Shown: positions 17,380 through 26,880, counted from the first letter of the stretch. The stretch: DNA of 64,000 bases from an uncultured Clostridia bacterium (GCA_944376845.1 CALWDZ010000004.1:13630-77629); one strand, 5' to 3'. Program-made: numbers and translations. Notes: a model not told the origin generated them from the sequence alone.

Positions 17380-20300
17380 ATGAAGAAAAAATATTGGATA
17401 ATAGTATTATTATTTGTTTGTTTCATTTTTATTTCACCTCAGCAAAACTTTGTTTTTGCTGAAAATGCAACTCCACAAGTTGTTTACTTTGCTTTTGGCG
17501 ATTCTATTGCTGAGGGTACCGTTTTGACCAACGATGGCTCTTATAATACAGAAAATCGTTTTCCCAACTTAATAAACAATGAAATTCAAAAAATTACATC
17601 AGTGCAATATGCAAACTACGCACACGCTGGTGACAAACTTGCAGATTTTATGAATGTTGTCAATGGAATTAATAATTTAAATGATGCAACGGTTATAACA
17701 CTAGACATAGGTGCAAATGATATTTTAATGACTGGTATATCTGCAATACCGACAACACCAAGCGGAATAAGTGAACTTTTAAGCGGCGTAGATTTTCAAG
17801 GTGATTATGAAACACAAATTCAAAATAATTTAATAGCCAAAGTAGACACCGCCATGAAAGAAGGTGCAGACAATTTTGCACAGAACTTTGAAAGCGACCT
17901 TAAATCGTTTTTATCTCAATTAAACAACTATGCACATGTTTATGTAATGTCAATATACAATCCTTATGAAGATGTAGTTATTTGTGTCGATGTATCTGTA
18001 TCATTATTTGGTATGCAACTAAGTCTTCAACTTGAATTGGACTTTGATGAACTTACAACTAAATATTTGGTTGAGTACGAAAATTCCATTAACAACACAA
18101 TATATACTACTATGGAAAACTTACAAAATGATGACGAAATAACTCAATCTTTACACCTTGTTGATACTTATAGTGCATGGAATAATTATTATATAAATAA
18201 CGGAATTGAAGAATATAAAAAATTGTTGCTTGTAAAAGATGAAGCACGACAAAGTCAAACCACTCCACTTACTTTTGAGGATATTTCTTCTATGAGTTAT
18301 TTATTAGATCCACATCCTAGTGACGCTGGGCATGAACTCATTGCCGAAACATATTGGGCTGAAATGCAAAATGCTTGCTCTTCTTTTAATCTCCAAACAA
18401 CATATGAATACGAAGAACAATCTGGAATACTTGATGGTACAACAAATCAATTTGATATTAATAATCAGATATATTTAAATTCTTCCATCCCTGCAAACTG
18501 GCAAATAATGTCCAGCTCATCAGTATTGCATGCAACTAATAATGTTAATAAATATTCTTTGCCAATGCTAGAGGCGGGAAATTACACTTTAAAAGTTATG
18601 CCCTATGGAACATATGTGCAATATTTATATCCCCTTACAATAGTTGATAACACCCCAGTGATAATCAATCCAAGCATACAAAGTCTTGCAATAAGAGAGA
18701 ATTATACAGGTAGTGGACAAATAAATAACTATACATTTTCAATTGATGTCTATAATCCAAGCGAAGTTACATATAGCGTTGTATGGCGTGTAGATGATGA
18801 AATTGTTAGTGGCGACACAACTTCTGTAACTTATTCTCCACTAACCGCAGGACAACACACAGTCAGTGCCACACTTAGTGTAAATAATGCAGAACTAACA
18901 AATACAACAAAATCTCAACAATTTGAAGCAACATATAATGCAATAATGCCATCTATAATAAACATCTCAATTGACGAAATCTATACTGGCGAAGGCAATA
19001 TCAACAAGTATGCTTTTGAATTAAATGTATCAAATCCAGACAATGTTGATTTTAGCGTGGTTTGGCGTGTGGATGGTATTATGATAGATGGTGACACGAT
19101 CAATACAACCTACACTCCACTTATCGCCAAATTACACACTGTTAATGCTACACTTAGTGTAAACGATCAAGAATTTTCAAGTACCACTACAACGCAACAA
19201 TTTGAAGCAACATATAATACTATTTATCCATCAATTATAGATATTTTTGTTAACGAAACATACACGGGTGAAGGTCAGTTAAATAATTATATGTTTTCAC
19301 TAAATATTGATAACCCAGATGAAGTTACATATAATGTAGTTTGGCGTGTAGATAATGAAATTGTTAATGGCGACACAATTTCTTTAACTTACTCTCCCCT
19401 AACAGCAGGACAACATATAGTCTCCGCCACGCTTAGTGTTAATAGCGAAGAACTAACTAATACGACCACTTCAAAACAATTTGAAGCAATATATAACAAA
19501 ATAACGCCATCTATAGCAAACATCTCGATTGATGAGGTTTATACTGGTGAGGGGAATATTAATAATTACACTTTTACACTAGATGTAGTAAATCTAGACA
19601 ATGTAGATTTCAGCGTTATTTGGCGTGTGGATGATGTTGTTATTAGCGGAAATACAACATCCACAACCCACACTCCACAAACGGCAGGACAACACACGGT
19701 TAGTGCCACTTTGATTATAGAAAATATTGAATTATTAGATACGCAATTTGAAACAATGTTTGAAGCAACATATAATGACGAACAACCAATAGAGCCCGAT
19801 GAACCACAACCAACTCTTCCAAACATTGTAGGCATCTCGTATAGAGAAATAGTCACATCAGAGGGGAATTTTAATAAATATGAATTTACAGCAATAATAA
19901 ATAATCCTGATAATATAGATTATCAATTGGCTTGGTATGTCAATGGTTGGCTTGTTGGCTATGGTTCACCATTTACATATACTCCAAGTGACCAAGGTGC
20001 TTGTAATTATAATGCTGTTATTATAGTTAACGATGTTTCGGTTTCTTCATCGCCTTATCATTTCTTTGATGCTGTATACAATTCATTCATGCCATCTATT
20101 ACAAATATTTTAATTGAAAAAGTTGATAATACCACAAATGAATATTTGTTCACTGCACAAATTTCAAATATTGATAATGTAGAATTTGAAATTGTCTGGC
20201 AACTAAATGATGATATTATTGGTTATGGAATACAATTGCTATATCAAATAAATCCTTCCGAAACTTCAAATATAACTGCAATATTACAAGTGAATGGTGA

Positions 20301-20451
20301 AGAATTGCAACAATTTGACTATCCACTTGAAGCACAAATCACTCCGCCATATGTACTTTATATCATATGTGGTATTGTCAGTGTATTTATAATAACGGGC
20401 ATAATTCTTGCTATTATTAGCAAGAAAAAAGAACAGTCTATAAATATTTAA
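17380..20451 (+). CDS. Cell-surface SGNH/GDSL hydrolase with six tandem ~93-aa repeat domains and a C-terminal TM anchor
   Basis: Signal peptide. GDSL blocks FGDSIAEG, DIGANDIL and DPHPSDAGHELIA. Six repeats of the type YTGEGNINNYTF..VWRVDD..SGDT..TYSPLTAGQHTVSATLSVN..QQFEATYN. Hydrophobic C-terminus followed by KKKEQ. Confidence 0.7.
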   Translation: MKKKYWIIVLLFVCFIFISPQQNFVFAENATPQVVYFAFGDSIAEGTVLTNDGSYNTENRFPNLINNEIQKITSVQYANYAHAGDKLADFMNVVNGINNLNDATVITLDIGANDILMTGISAIPTTPSGISELLSGVDFQGDYETQIQNNLIAKVDTAMKEGADNFAQNFESDLKSFLSQLNNYAHVYVMSIYNPYEDVVICVDVSVSLFGMQLSLQLELDFDELTTKYLVEYENSINNTIYTTMENLQNDDEITQSLHLVDTYSAWNNYYINNGIEEYKKLLLVKDEARQSQTTPLTFEDISSMSYLLDPHPSDAGHELIAETYWAEMQNACSSFNLQTTYEYEEQSGILDGTTNQFDINNQIYLNSSIPANWQIMSSSSVLHATNNVNKYSLPMLEAGNYTLKVMPYGTYVQYLYPLTIVDNTPVIINPSIQSLAIRENYTGSGQINNYTFSIDVYNPSEVTYSVVWRVDDEIVSGDTTSVTYSPLTAGQHTVSATLSVNNAELTNTTKSQQFEATYNAIMPSIINISIDEIYTGEGNINKYAFELNVSNPDNVDFSVVWRVDGIMIDGDTINTTYTPLIAKLHTVNATLSVNDQEFSSTTTTQQFEATYNTIYPSIIDIFVNETYTGEGQLNNYMFSLNIDNPDEVTYNVVWRVDNEIVNGDTISLTYSPLTAGQHIVSATLSVNSEELTNTTTSKQFEAIYNKITPSIANISIDEVYTGEGNINNYTFTLDVVNLDNVDFSVIWRVDDVVISGNTTSTTHTPQTAGQHTVSATLIIENIELLDTQFETMFEATYNDEQPIEPDEPQPTLPNIVGISYREIVTSEGNFNKYEFTAIINNPDNIDYQLAWYVNGWLVGYGSPFTYTPSDQGACNYNAVIIVNDVSVSSSPYHFFDAVYNSFMPSITNILIEKVDNTTNEYLFTAQISNIDNVEFEIVWQLNDDIIGYGIQLLYQINPSETSNITAILQVNGEELQQFDYPLEAQITPPYVLYIICGIVSVFIITGIILAIISKKKEQSINI
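18670..20340 (+). repeat. Six in-frame tandem repeats (four of 279 nt, two more diverged) inside the SGNH protein gene
   Basis: The conserved Pro codon marking each repeat start falls at 18670, 18949, 19228, 19507, 19819 and 20092. The first four are spaced exactly 279 nt apart. Confidence 0.85.
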
Positions 20452-20458
20452 TAATCGT

Positions 20459-20662
20459 TTAACAATTAAAAAGTTCATATATTTCTATGTCTAGAACATC
20501 AGCAATTTTAAAAAGTGATTTAATTCCAAAATTTAAATCATTTTTTATTATTTTATCAAAAATGGATACACCTATACCGCATAACTTACAAAACTTTCTT
20601 TTTGATAAATTATGCTTTAGCATATAGTCTATAATAAGGTTTATATTTATTACATTTTTCAT
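20459..20662 (-). CDS. XRE-family helix-turn-helix regulator
   Basis: 67 aa. LSKRKFCKLCGIGVSIFDKIIKN is an HTH_3-like segment. Confidence 0.7.
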   Translation of the reverse strand: MKNVININLIIDYMLKHNLSKRKFCKLCGIGVSIFDKIIKNDLNFGIKSLFKIADVLDIEIYELFNC

Positions 20663-20703
20663 AATCTCTTTTTATCCTTAACACAATTATATCATTCCTT
20701 TTG

Positions 20704-20728
20704 TGGGATAGTCAAGACATTTATCCCA
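20704..20728. promoter_or_regulatory. Inverted repeat (candidate operator) between the divergent XRE genes
   Basis: TGGGATA-N11-TATCCCA. Confidence 0.35.
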
Positions 20729-20752
20729 TTTTTGGAATATAATAATGAAAAT

Positions 20753-20953
20753 ATGGAATTTGCAGATAGATTAAAAGAATTAAGAGAAGAAAAGAAATTA
20801 TCAATACAACAACTCGCAAAAGAAACACGTATTGGTTCTTCTTCTATATGTCGTTGGGAAAATAATCAAGCAGATATTAAAAGCATGCAGTTGATAATCC
20901 TTGCTAAATATTTTAATGTTTCAACTGATTATTTATTGGGGTTAGAAGATTAA
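20753..20953 (+). CDS. XRE-family helix-turn-helix regulator
   Basis: FADRLKELREEKKLSIQQLAKETRIGSSSICRWENNQ is a classic HTH_XRE segment. I chose the ATG at 20753. The track start at 20732 is a TTG. Confidence 0.75.
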   Translation: MEFADRLKELREEKKLSIQQLAKETRIGSSSICRWENNQADIKSMQLIILAKYFNVSTDYLLGLED

Positions 20954-20959
20954 ACGATA

Positions 20960-21042
20960 AAAAAATCCTATGAGAAAATGAAGTGAACCTCCTTAAGTTG
21001 TCTAACTTTTGGGGTTCACTTCAAAAACTCATAGGGTTTTTT
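20960..21042. terminator. Long three-tier hairpin acting as a bidirectional terminator
   Basis: A7-CCTATGAG-GAAGTGAACC-AAGTT..AACTT-GGTTCACTTC-CTCATAGG-T6. It lies between convergent genes. Confidence 0.7.
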
Positions 21043-21053
21043 GTATTTATTTA

Positions 21054-22433
21054 TTAAGCGGTTTCAGTAGTGTCACTGCCTGTGCCATTTAAATCTTCTT
21101 CAAGTACTGATGCTATGCATTCAACTCTTATTTGTGGGTTATTGAGTGTTGCGGTATGGATATTTGCTCTATGGCAGTAGTATGTGTCTGTTGAATTGGT
21201 TGAAAGTTGAGCATAGAAATAAATGTATTCTGCATTTCCGTCTTCATCATAGACAAGGTCACAAGCACCTTGTTGAATATTTGACATCTCTGCAAGTGTT
21301 TGCACTGTTTCATCACGATAACTTATTCTATAAATACCATTTGCAGTTGTATAGTAAACATAATCGCCATATACAAATTCTATAGTTGCATCTTCATCAA
21401 CAAGAACTAGCCACTCAGCCAAACTACCCTCACCTTTTGTGGCAAGATATATTTTTGATTCTGCCTCGTATACAACATTATCTTCATTTATTGGAGTGAA
21501 ATTTGCAATGCTGTCTGTTCCGTCTATTTCTCCAAGTACTGTCCACTGAATGCGGTCACTACCGAAAGAATTGTAATTTTTAATTGAATAGTAAGGTGCA
21601 AGTGATGTTCCTTCATCTTGTTTGTAGTAAAGCATACCATTCGTGTAACTAACAAGCGTAATTGCTCTTGATACTTGAGTTAATTGCATTGCAGTATTTG
21701 TTGACATATCATATCTATAAAGTTTATTTCCAGTAAGCCCTGCATCCTGGTCTTCTTGTGAAAGTGCGACTGTGTAATAAAAAGCATCAATTGCACCAAA
21801 CTCACTAGGGAAAGCCACATCAGTAACATCACTTACAAGTGTTTTTGGACTAGATATGTTGTTTCCAATACCTATTTTGGTTACTTCTGAATTGTCATAG
21901 ATTAAAACAAAATTTTCATCACCAGTTGCAAAGAAAAATTCTCCGCGCGACTCACTTGTTGTAAAAATTTCTCTAAGGCCCGTGCCGTCAAGACGCATAC
22001 GATATAGTGTTGTCAAATCGAACCTGTCATCACCATTATTATCTTTGTGTGCATTTGGTGAAGTAAAATATAGATATTCACCCAAAATGTACATATTTGA
22101 ATTGTCAAAACCAGCAATTTTGCTGTAAACCTCGTCAACATTTTCAATTTGCCCGTCTTCATTTGTGGTTGTAAAGCCATATTCATCGGTAAGTACTCTA
22201 AATATGGAGTTATGCTGTGTTGTACTTTCGGTGTTGGCATTGCCAGTTAGCGTTGAATAGTCAACATAGGTATTAGCAAAATAAACATAATCACCCATCG
22301 TTACAACGCTGCCGCCATTGCTCAAAACAATACCGGTTGGTACATTTAAATCTGTACCACATCCGGTGAGAAGAAAACTAACACATAAAAGTAGACATGC
22401 TAAATAAGTAAAAAGTTTTTTCATATAAATCAT
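21054..22433 (-). CDS. Lipoprotein, DUF5050-like beta-propeller
   Basis: Lipobox LLTGCG. Recurrent ..YF/YY..LYRMRLDGTG.., ..LYRYDMSTN.. and ..IYRISYRDE.. blades. Confidence 0.5.
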   Translation of the reverse strand: MIYMKKLFTYLACLLLCVSFLLTGCGTDLNVPTGIVLSNGGSVVTMGDYVYFANTYVDYSTLTGNANTESTTQHNSIFRVLTDEYGFTTTNEDGQIENVDEVYSKIAGFDNSNMYILGEYLYFTSPNAHKDNNGDDRFDLTTLYRMRLDGTGLREIFTTSESRGEFFFATGDENFVLIYDNSEVTKIGIGNNISSPKTLVSDVTDVAFPSEFGAIDAFYYTVALSQEDQDAGLTGNKLYRYDMSTNTAMQLTQVSRAITLVSYTNGMLYYKQDEGTSLAPYYSIKNYNSFGSDRIQWTVLGEIDGTDSIANFTPINEDNVVYEAESKIYLATKGEGSLAEWLVLVDEDATIEFVYGDYVYYTTANGIYRISYRDETVQTLAEMSNIQQGACDLVYDEDGNAEYIYFYAQLSTNSTDTYYCHRANIHTATLNNPQIRVECIASVLEEDLNGTGSDTTETA

Positions 22434-22445
22434 TATTCCTTAAAG

Positions 22446-23045
22446 TTATGCAATTGTTTCAAATACAACAGTAAAATCATTTTCAACATCTGTAAAACCT
22501 GCAGTACTGTTGTTTACAGTTGTAGTAAGAGTTATTTGTGCTGAAGATGGGCTTTCATTTCTGTTTGCAAGTGCTGGTATTACAACGGGGTCTGATATTA
22601 CATTTGAAATGCTGTCAGAATCGTCAACATAATCTGTTATACTGACACGTATAGACATATCAGAGTAGTTATAAATTGTTATAGTGTAAACAATAGGCTG
22701 AGATACTGAGGCAAACTCCAAACTTTCCAAAATTTGCCATTTACCAAGTGAGTAGTTTGGGTCCGTACGCATTGAATCATCAAACTCAACATCCTTATAA
22801 ATGCCAACAGCATAAAGATAGTCTTCAACGCTATCATAACCGCTTGGTGGATTATTTAATTGTGTTTGTGATGCACCAGAAATTCTACATTCAAGAGCAA
22901 CAAAAACATCATCCGCAGGGCTAAACCCTATTGTATTTGACACGGAAAATGTTTGTGTAAGATGAGCATACACGCTAAATGCAAGCAAACTTACACAAAG
23001 CACCATACTAACAATTGTTGTAAATATAATGGCTGATCTTCGCAT
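22446..23045 (-). CDS. Secreted or membrane-anchored protein; function unknown
   Basis: 199 aa with an N-terminal signal anchor. It lies 13 nt upstream of the lipoprotein gene. Confidence 0.4.
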   Translation of the reverse strand: MRRSAIIFTTIVSMVLCVSLLAFSVYAHLTQTFSVSNTIGFSPADDVFVALECRISGASQTQLNNPPSGYDSVEDYLYAVGIYKDVEFDDSMRTDPNYSLGKWQILESLEFASVSQPIVYTITIYNYSDMSIRVSITDYVDDSDSISNVISDPVVIPALANRNESPSSAQITLTTTVNNSTAGFTDVENDFTVVFETIA

Positions 23046-23125
23046 TTAATTCTCACCCCTACAACTTTTCTACAATAAGTTTATTCATTTAAGAAAAATA
23101 AGTCAAGCAAACACACCCTATTTTT

Positions 23126-23362
23126 TTACATACCCTCGGTATTTATCCTTACTGTACCGCACAAAACATCAAAATATGAAAAAGTTTGAATTTTTTCGTT
23201 ATATAATATTGTAAAAACACTTGGATAAGCATTATCTATCACCGCTTTAAATGTATCAAATCTTTTCCTTCCACGATTTACACAGAATTCACAAGTTTGA
23301 CCCTTAAGAGAAAAAATTTGTGCCTTAATTTCCCCAAGTGCTTCTGTATTTTTTTTAATCAT
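23126..23362 (-). CDS. veg: Veg (DUF1021) protein
   Basis: VNRGRKRFDTFKAVIDNAYPSVFTILYNEK..FSYFDVLCGTVRI resembles Bacillus Veg. I chose the ATG at 23362 behind GGAGGAA. Confidence 0.75.
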   Translation of the reverse strand: MIKKNTEALGEIKAQIFSLKGQTCEFCVNRGRKRFDTFKAVIDNAYPSVFTILYNEKIQTFSYFDVLCGTVRINTEGM

Positions 23363-23412
23363 ACATTCCTCCACTCTTGGTTATTGACACAAATTTTATT
23401 TTTTAACCATGG

Positions 23413-23946
23413 CTAGTCTTCATCTTCATCGTCATCATCATAGTCATCTTCGTCGTCTTCATCGTCATCGTCGTCGTAAAGGTCATCATCATCTAGATCA
23501 TCATCAAAATCGTCGTCACCATCTTCATCATCATCTTCGTTTTCTTCTTCATCCATGTCATCATCTGCGAACATGATGTCATCATCATCTAGACCAGTAC
23601 CCAAGATATCATCGTCATCATCATCTTTGACGGTAACATCGTCACCAAGTTCCTCGTCTTCACTTTCAAAATCGTCATTTTCATCACGATTGACATACTC
23701 TGACCAATCATCTCTATCTTTATCAATGCTTTCAGGGTCAATATTCCTTTCCTGCATACATTGTGGGCACATGATTTCGTCAGGACCTATATAATTGGTT
23801 TTACAAATTGGGCAAAGTTCCAGATCAAGCTCATCGTCACCACCACCAACTTGCATCTCTTTTTTACAAACACTACAATATTTATCTTTTTTTAAACAAT
23901 AATTAAGTTCACATCGTGGACATCTAATATATTCTTGTTTAGGCAT
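23413..23946 (-). CDS. Double zinc-ribbon protein with an extreme poly-Asp/Glu C-terminal tail
   Basis: CPRC..CSVC and CPIC..CPQC ribbons, then about 100 residues dominated by D/E. Confidence 0.5.
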   Translation of the reverse strand: MPKQEYIRCPRCELNYCLKKDKYCSVCKKEMQVGGGDDELDLELCPICKTNYIGPDEIMCPQCMQERNIDPESIDKDRDDWSEYVNRDENDDFESEDEELGDDVTVKDDDDDDILGTGLDDDDIMFADDDMDEEENEDDDEDGDDDFDDDLDDDDLYDDDDDEDDEDDYDDDDEDED

Positions 23947-24045
23947 ATTCTTCTCCTTAAAAAAATCACCCTATTATGCACTAAATATTATGCTTTGTCT
24001 ACTATTTTATTCAAAAAAAATAAAAAATGTAATAGTAATATATTT

Positions 24046-24852
24046 CTATCTTTCAAGATTAGGTTCATTATGATAAGTTACAATGCCGTGCCTTGTTGCA
24101 CGCATAACAATATCATTAAACTTAAAATCTCTTATTTCGTCATAATTGATAAGATTTCCTTCAACATCTAAGTAATATATATTTCCGTTTTCATCGGTAT
24201 ACTGTTCAACTTGATTTGCATAAATACCATCACTTGATTGCTGAGAATATGAATTGTCTTCAGTTAAACTCTCTCCAGATATATAGCGGTCAAAAAGACC
24301 GAATATATCTGTACATTTTAGGTCATTCATTAAAAACTTGACTACATTTTTTCTGTAATCTTTTTGAGCAAGTGAACCAAACCGTTTGTGCATTGAATCA
24401 ATATTTAATAAACCCTGATCCACTTTTTCAAGTGCTATATCTGAAGAATACTCAAAGGCTTCTTTAATATCCGAATACCTTCCAGCACCTTTAACGCTAT
24501 TTAAAAAAGTGTCAAAATAAAGACAATATGAACACAAAGTGTAAGTATCAAAATTGTCATAAGGGTTTTGACTTGATAAAATATTTAATAAATGATTAAA
24601 TCTTTGTCTATACTTGCCATTGCCATCATAAAGTTCATGAACAATTTCCGATTTTACAAGTCCCAGTCCAGAAGTACCAATAATTCGCGACAAAATACCT
24701 GATATTTGAGAATTTTGACGCATAATAACAAGACGTGCAAGAAGATGAACTTTATCGTTCTGTGTCATACTTTTTAATTTTTTTATTGCTTGTGGCGTTA
24801 AACTTTTATCCATATATGCACTTATTATATTACAATGTTTTAAAAATATCAA
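24046..24852 (-). CDS. Hypothetical protein
   Basis: ORF only, with no motif I recognise. The start is uncertain: the track start is a TTG, and the in-frame ATG at 24813 follows a TATAAT. Confidence 0.35.
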   Translation of the reverse strand: MIFLKHCNIISAYMDKSLTPQAIKKLKSMTQNDKVHLLARLVIMRQNSQISGILSRIIGTSGLGLVKSEIVHELYDGNGKYRQRFNHLLNILSSQNPYDNFDTYTLCSYCLYFDTFLNSVKGAGRYSDIKEAFEYSSDIALEKVDQGLLNIDSMHKRFGSLAQKDYRKNVVKFLMNDLKCTDIFGLFDRYISGESLTEDNSYSQQSSDGIYANQVEQYTDENGNIYYLDVEGNLINYDEIRDFKFNDIVMRATRHGIVTYHNEPNLER

Positions 24853-25093
24853 TAATATAGTTTAGTTAAATAAAATGTAAAAAAATATAACATCATAGAT
24901 GAAGTTTTAATTCTAAATATATAAAAAGGTGGTAAAGACGAAGGCAAAGATACTAAAAACGCAAAAATAGCCCCTAGTGACGAGGCTTTTTATTTTAAAA
25001 TATTCAAAATTAGGTGGTAAAGACTAAGGCAAAAATAGCCTAGTGGCACAGAGCTCTGCTTAACATACAAAATAGCGGAAATTGTGAGGCGTA

Positions 25094-25177
25094 GACGAGG
25101 CTCGGCGGGTACTCTCACGCAGGAGCGTACAAATCGTACGTGACTGTGTGAGGGTTGCCCGCCAGAAACAAAGTATA
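25094..25177 (+). repeat. Family-2 structured repeat, copy A
   Basis: The GACGAGGCTCGGC flank is followed by a long imperfect hairpin (25104-25163) with the conserved CGCAGGAG / GTGACTGTG core. The copy is nested in a 23-nt inverted repeat (25070-25092 and 25178-25200). Confidence 0.75.
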
Positions 25178-25192
25178 CGCCCACAATTTTCG

Positions 25193-26731
25193 CTATTTTT
25201 GCGTTTTTTGGTAGTAGAGAGCAATACGAGTATCTTCCCCCAAAACATCTTCAGTTATGCTTGGATTTTGCCTGTAAATAAGTTCTGGTCTTATGAAGAG
25301 TTTTTTTGCTATATCCCATATCTTTTCACCAACTTTACCAAAATAGATTTCAATTGCACAATCTTTTTCGGGTAATTGTTCTGAAGTTTCAATATTGGAT
25401 ATGACCGCACCTTGAGTTGTTCTGCATATGTTTGAATGGACTAATAGCACGGCATCTACATATACATCTCTTCCTTTTTTAACCATAACATCGACATCAC
25501 AAACAGTGACAGATGTGTCAAACATTACATCACCTTCAATATCGGTCTGATAACTTACGACAAAAGGAATTTCAACATCAACTGAGTTTGGTCTTGATTC
25601 TTCATCGTTAAAGTATATCAGATTGCTTGTAAGAACACCACTTAAATTATATGTCCCACCGTCTATGTATTCGTTGGTTATAACTGCTTTTGAATAATTT
25701 ACTGCAAGAAGTTTATCAATTCTAGGCTCTTCGTCTGAAAGAACTAAACTACCTTCAATTTTTTTGTCAAAAACAATGGGTTCACATGAAACTGTGTTTT
25801 CATAACTTTGAGTTGTGCTTGTTATGACATTTTCTGTACTAAACAAATCTGAAGTAAGTGTAACTGTATTTATTGAATAAATTGCCATAAATACATCTAG
25901 TGGTATTGTTATACTAAGTTTTACTTCTTCGCCGTTTTCGGTAACCGTTGTTTTAACTTCACAACTGTTGTCATCAATAACTACATCAACCAAACTGCCT
26001 TTTTTAGCGTATTCACACTCAACTTCCTGTTTAACTTCTGTTTTGTTATAAACAGTTTTAATTTGTGGCGCTTCGGTATCTGTAACATATGTTATTTTAC
26101 TGATAAGTGTTGCACAGAGTGTAACAAAACCTTCGCTGGCTTCTGCAGTTGTAAGATGAACATCGCTAGTTGTAGAAATAACCTGCTTTATTGGTTCTTT
26201 TACACTAACTTCAATATTTTCCATCCAATTGTTACGACAAGTTCCTGCAAGTGATTGATATGTTACATCCTCAGTGGTTGAACATATATCATCGGTAGTT
26301 TCACTTAAGTATGGCACCTCAATTTTGGAAACAACATAAACTTTTAAAGTTACTTCATACTGAACTTGGGCAGTACTGCCATTTAATGCCGTCACTTTGG
26401 AATCAACATTTGTGACTCGTGCTAAAACCTGTGCATTTGGTGTAATTTCGCTATTTTGCACTTTTAGTGAATATGGCGAACAGTATGTGGCATTTCCAAC
26501 AAGTCCAGATTCAGTGAGATAAACTATTGTTACAAGAGCATTGCCACTGATGTTTGCTTCACCTGTCAGTGCTTCTGTTTGTGGCAAGCCACTACTAACA
26601 CTCACCGCTAGTATCTTACTGATGTTCTCTGTGCTATCAATATTTACTGAACACTCAAAAGAAGAAGTGACATCATTTAACTTCGTCTTTTTTACTGAAT
26701 AAAATTTTTCGTATGAATTATTATTCGCCAT
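25193..26731 (-). CDS. DUF3794 (SPOCS) repeat protein with a C-terminal LysM domain, SafA-like spore coat assembly candidate
   Basis: C-terminal LysM-like segment (IYFGKVGEKIWDIAKKLFIRPELIYRQNP). The N-terminal region is beta-rich and repetitive. I chose the ATG at 26731 behind GGAGGG. Confidence 0.55.
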   Translation of the reverse strand: MANNNSYEKFYSVKKTKLNDVTSSFECSVNIDSTENISKILAVSVSSGLPQTEALTGEANISGNALVTIVYLTESGLVGNATYCSPYSLKVQNSEITPNAQVLARVTNVDSKVTALNGSTAQVQYEVTLKVYVVSKIEVPYLSETTDDICSTTEDVTYQSLAGTCRNNWMENIEVSVKEPIKQVISTTSDVHLTTAEASEGFVTLCATLISKITYVTDTEAPQIKTVYNKTEVKQEVECEYAKKGSLVDVVIDDNSCEVKTTVTENGEEVKLSITIPLDVFMAIYSINTVTLTSDLFSTENVITSTTQSYENTVSCEPIVFDKKIEGSLVLSDEEPRIDKLLAVNYSKAVITNEYIDGGTYNLSGVLTSNLIYFNDEESRPNSVDVEIPFVVSYQTDIEGDVMFDTSVTVCDVDVMVKKGRDVYVDAVLLVHSNICRTTQGAVISNIETSEQLPEKDCAIEIYFGKVGEKIWDIAKKLFIRPELIYRQNPSITEDVLGEDTRIALYYQKTQK

Positions 26732-26841
26732 ATTCCCTCCATTTTTCATTATGCTATATTGTATTTGGGGAATTTTTTATTTAGAACAAAAAAATAAAAA
26801 TTATCGAGATTTTGTGTCTTGTCGAGCAGAGTGAGACATCT

Positions 26842-26874
26842 AGATTCCTCGGCACTAAAGTGCCTCGGAATGAC
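26842..26874 (-). repeat. Family-1 hairpin repeat unit
   Basis: The minus strand reads GTC-ATTCC-GAG-GCAC-TTTA-GTGC-CGA-GGAAT-CT, a fully paired hairpin. Confidence 0.8.
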
Positions 26875-26880
26875 ACAAAC

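Noticed and set aside
24990-25248. ORF-track entries at 24990-25184 and 25060-25248. The same applies to 26781-27056, 28389-28574, 28393-28596, 28463-28744 and 28656-28847.
   Set aside because: They lie entirely in the GC-richer repeat islands or antisense to fusA. They have no SD, and their repeat-derived composition explains the open frames.
25148-25375. Short peptides readable through the family-2 elements (NDCVGVLDSKRSISQ, NDCGAKCDSKRSISQF.., RDCVRVARQKQSIRPQ), one of them preceded by AGGAG-N6-ATG at about 31059-31072.
   Set aside because: The similarity follows the nucleotide repeat. The peptide changes completely exactly where the stem arms covary. The frames run on into antisense of real genes. 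This is better explained as a structured non-coding element.
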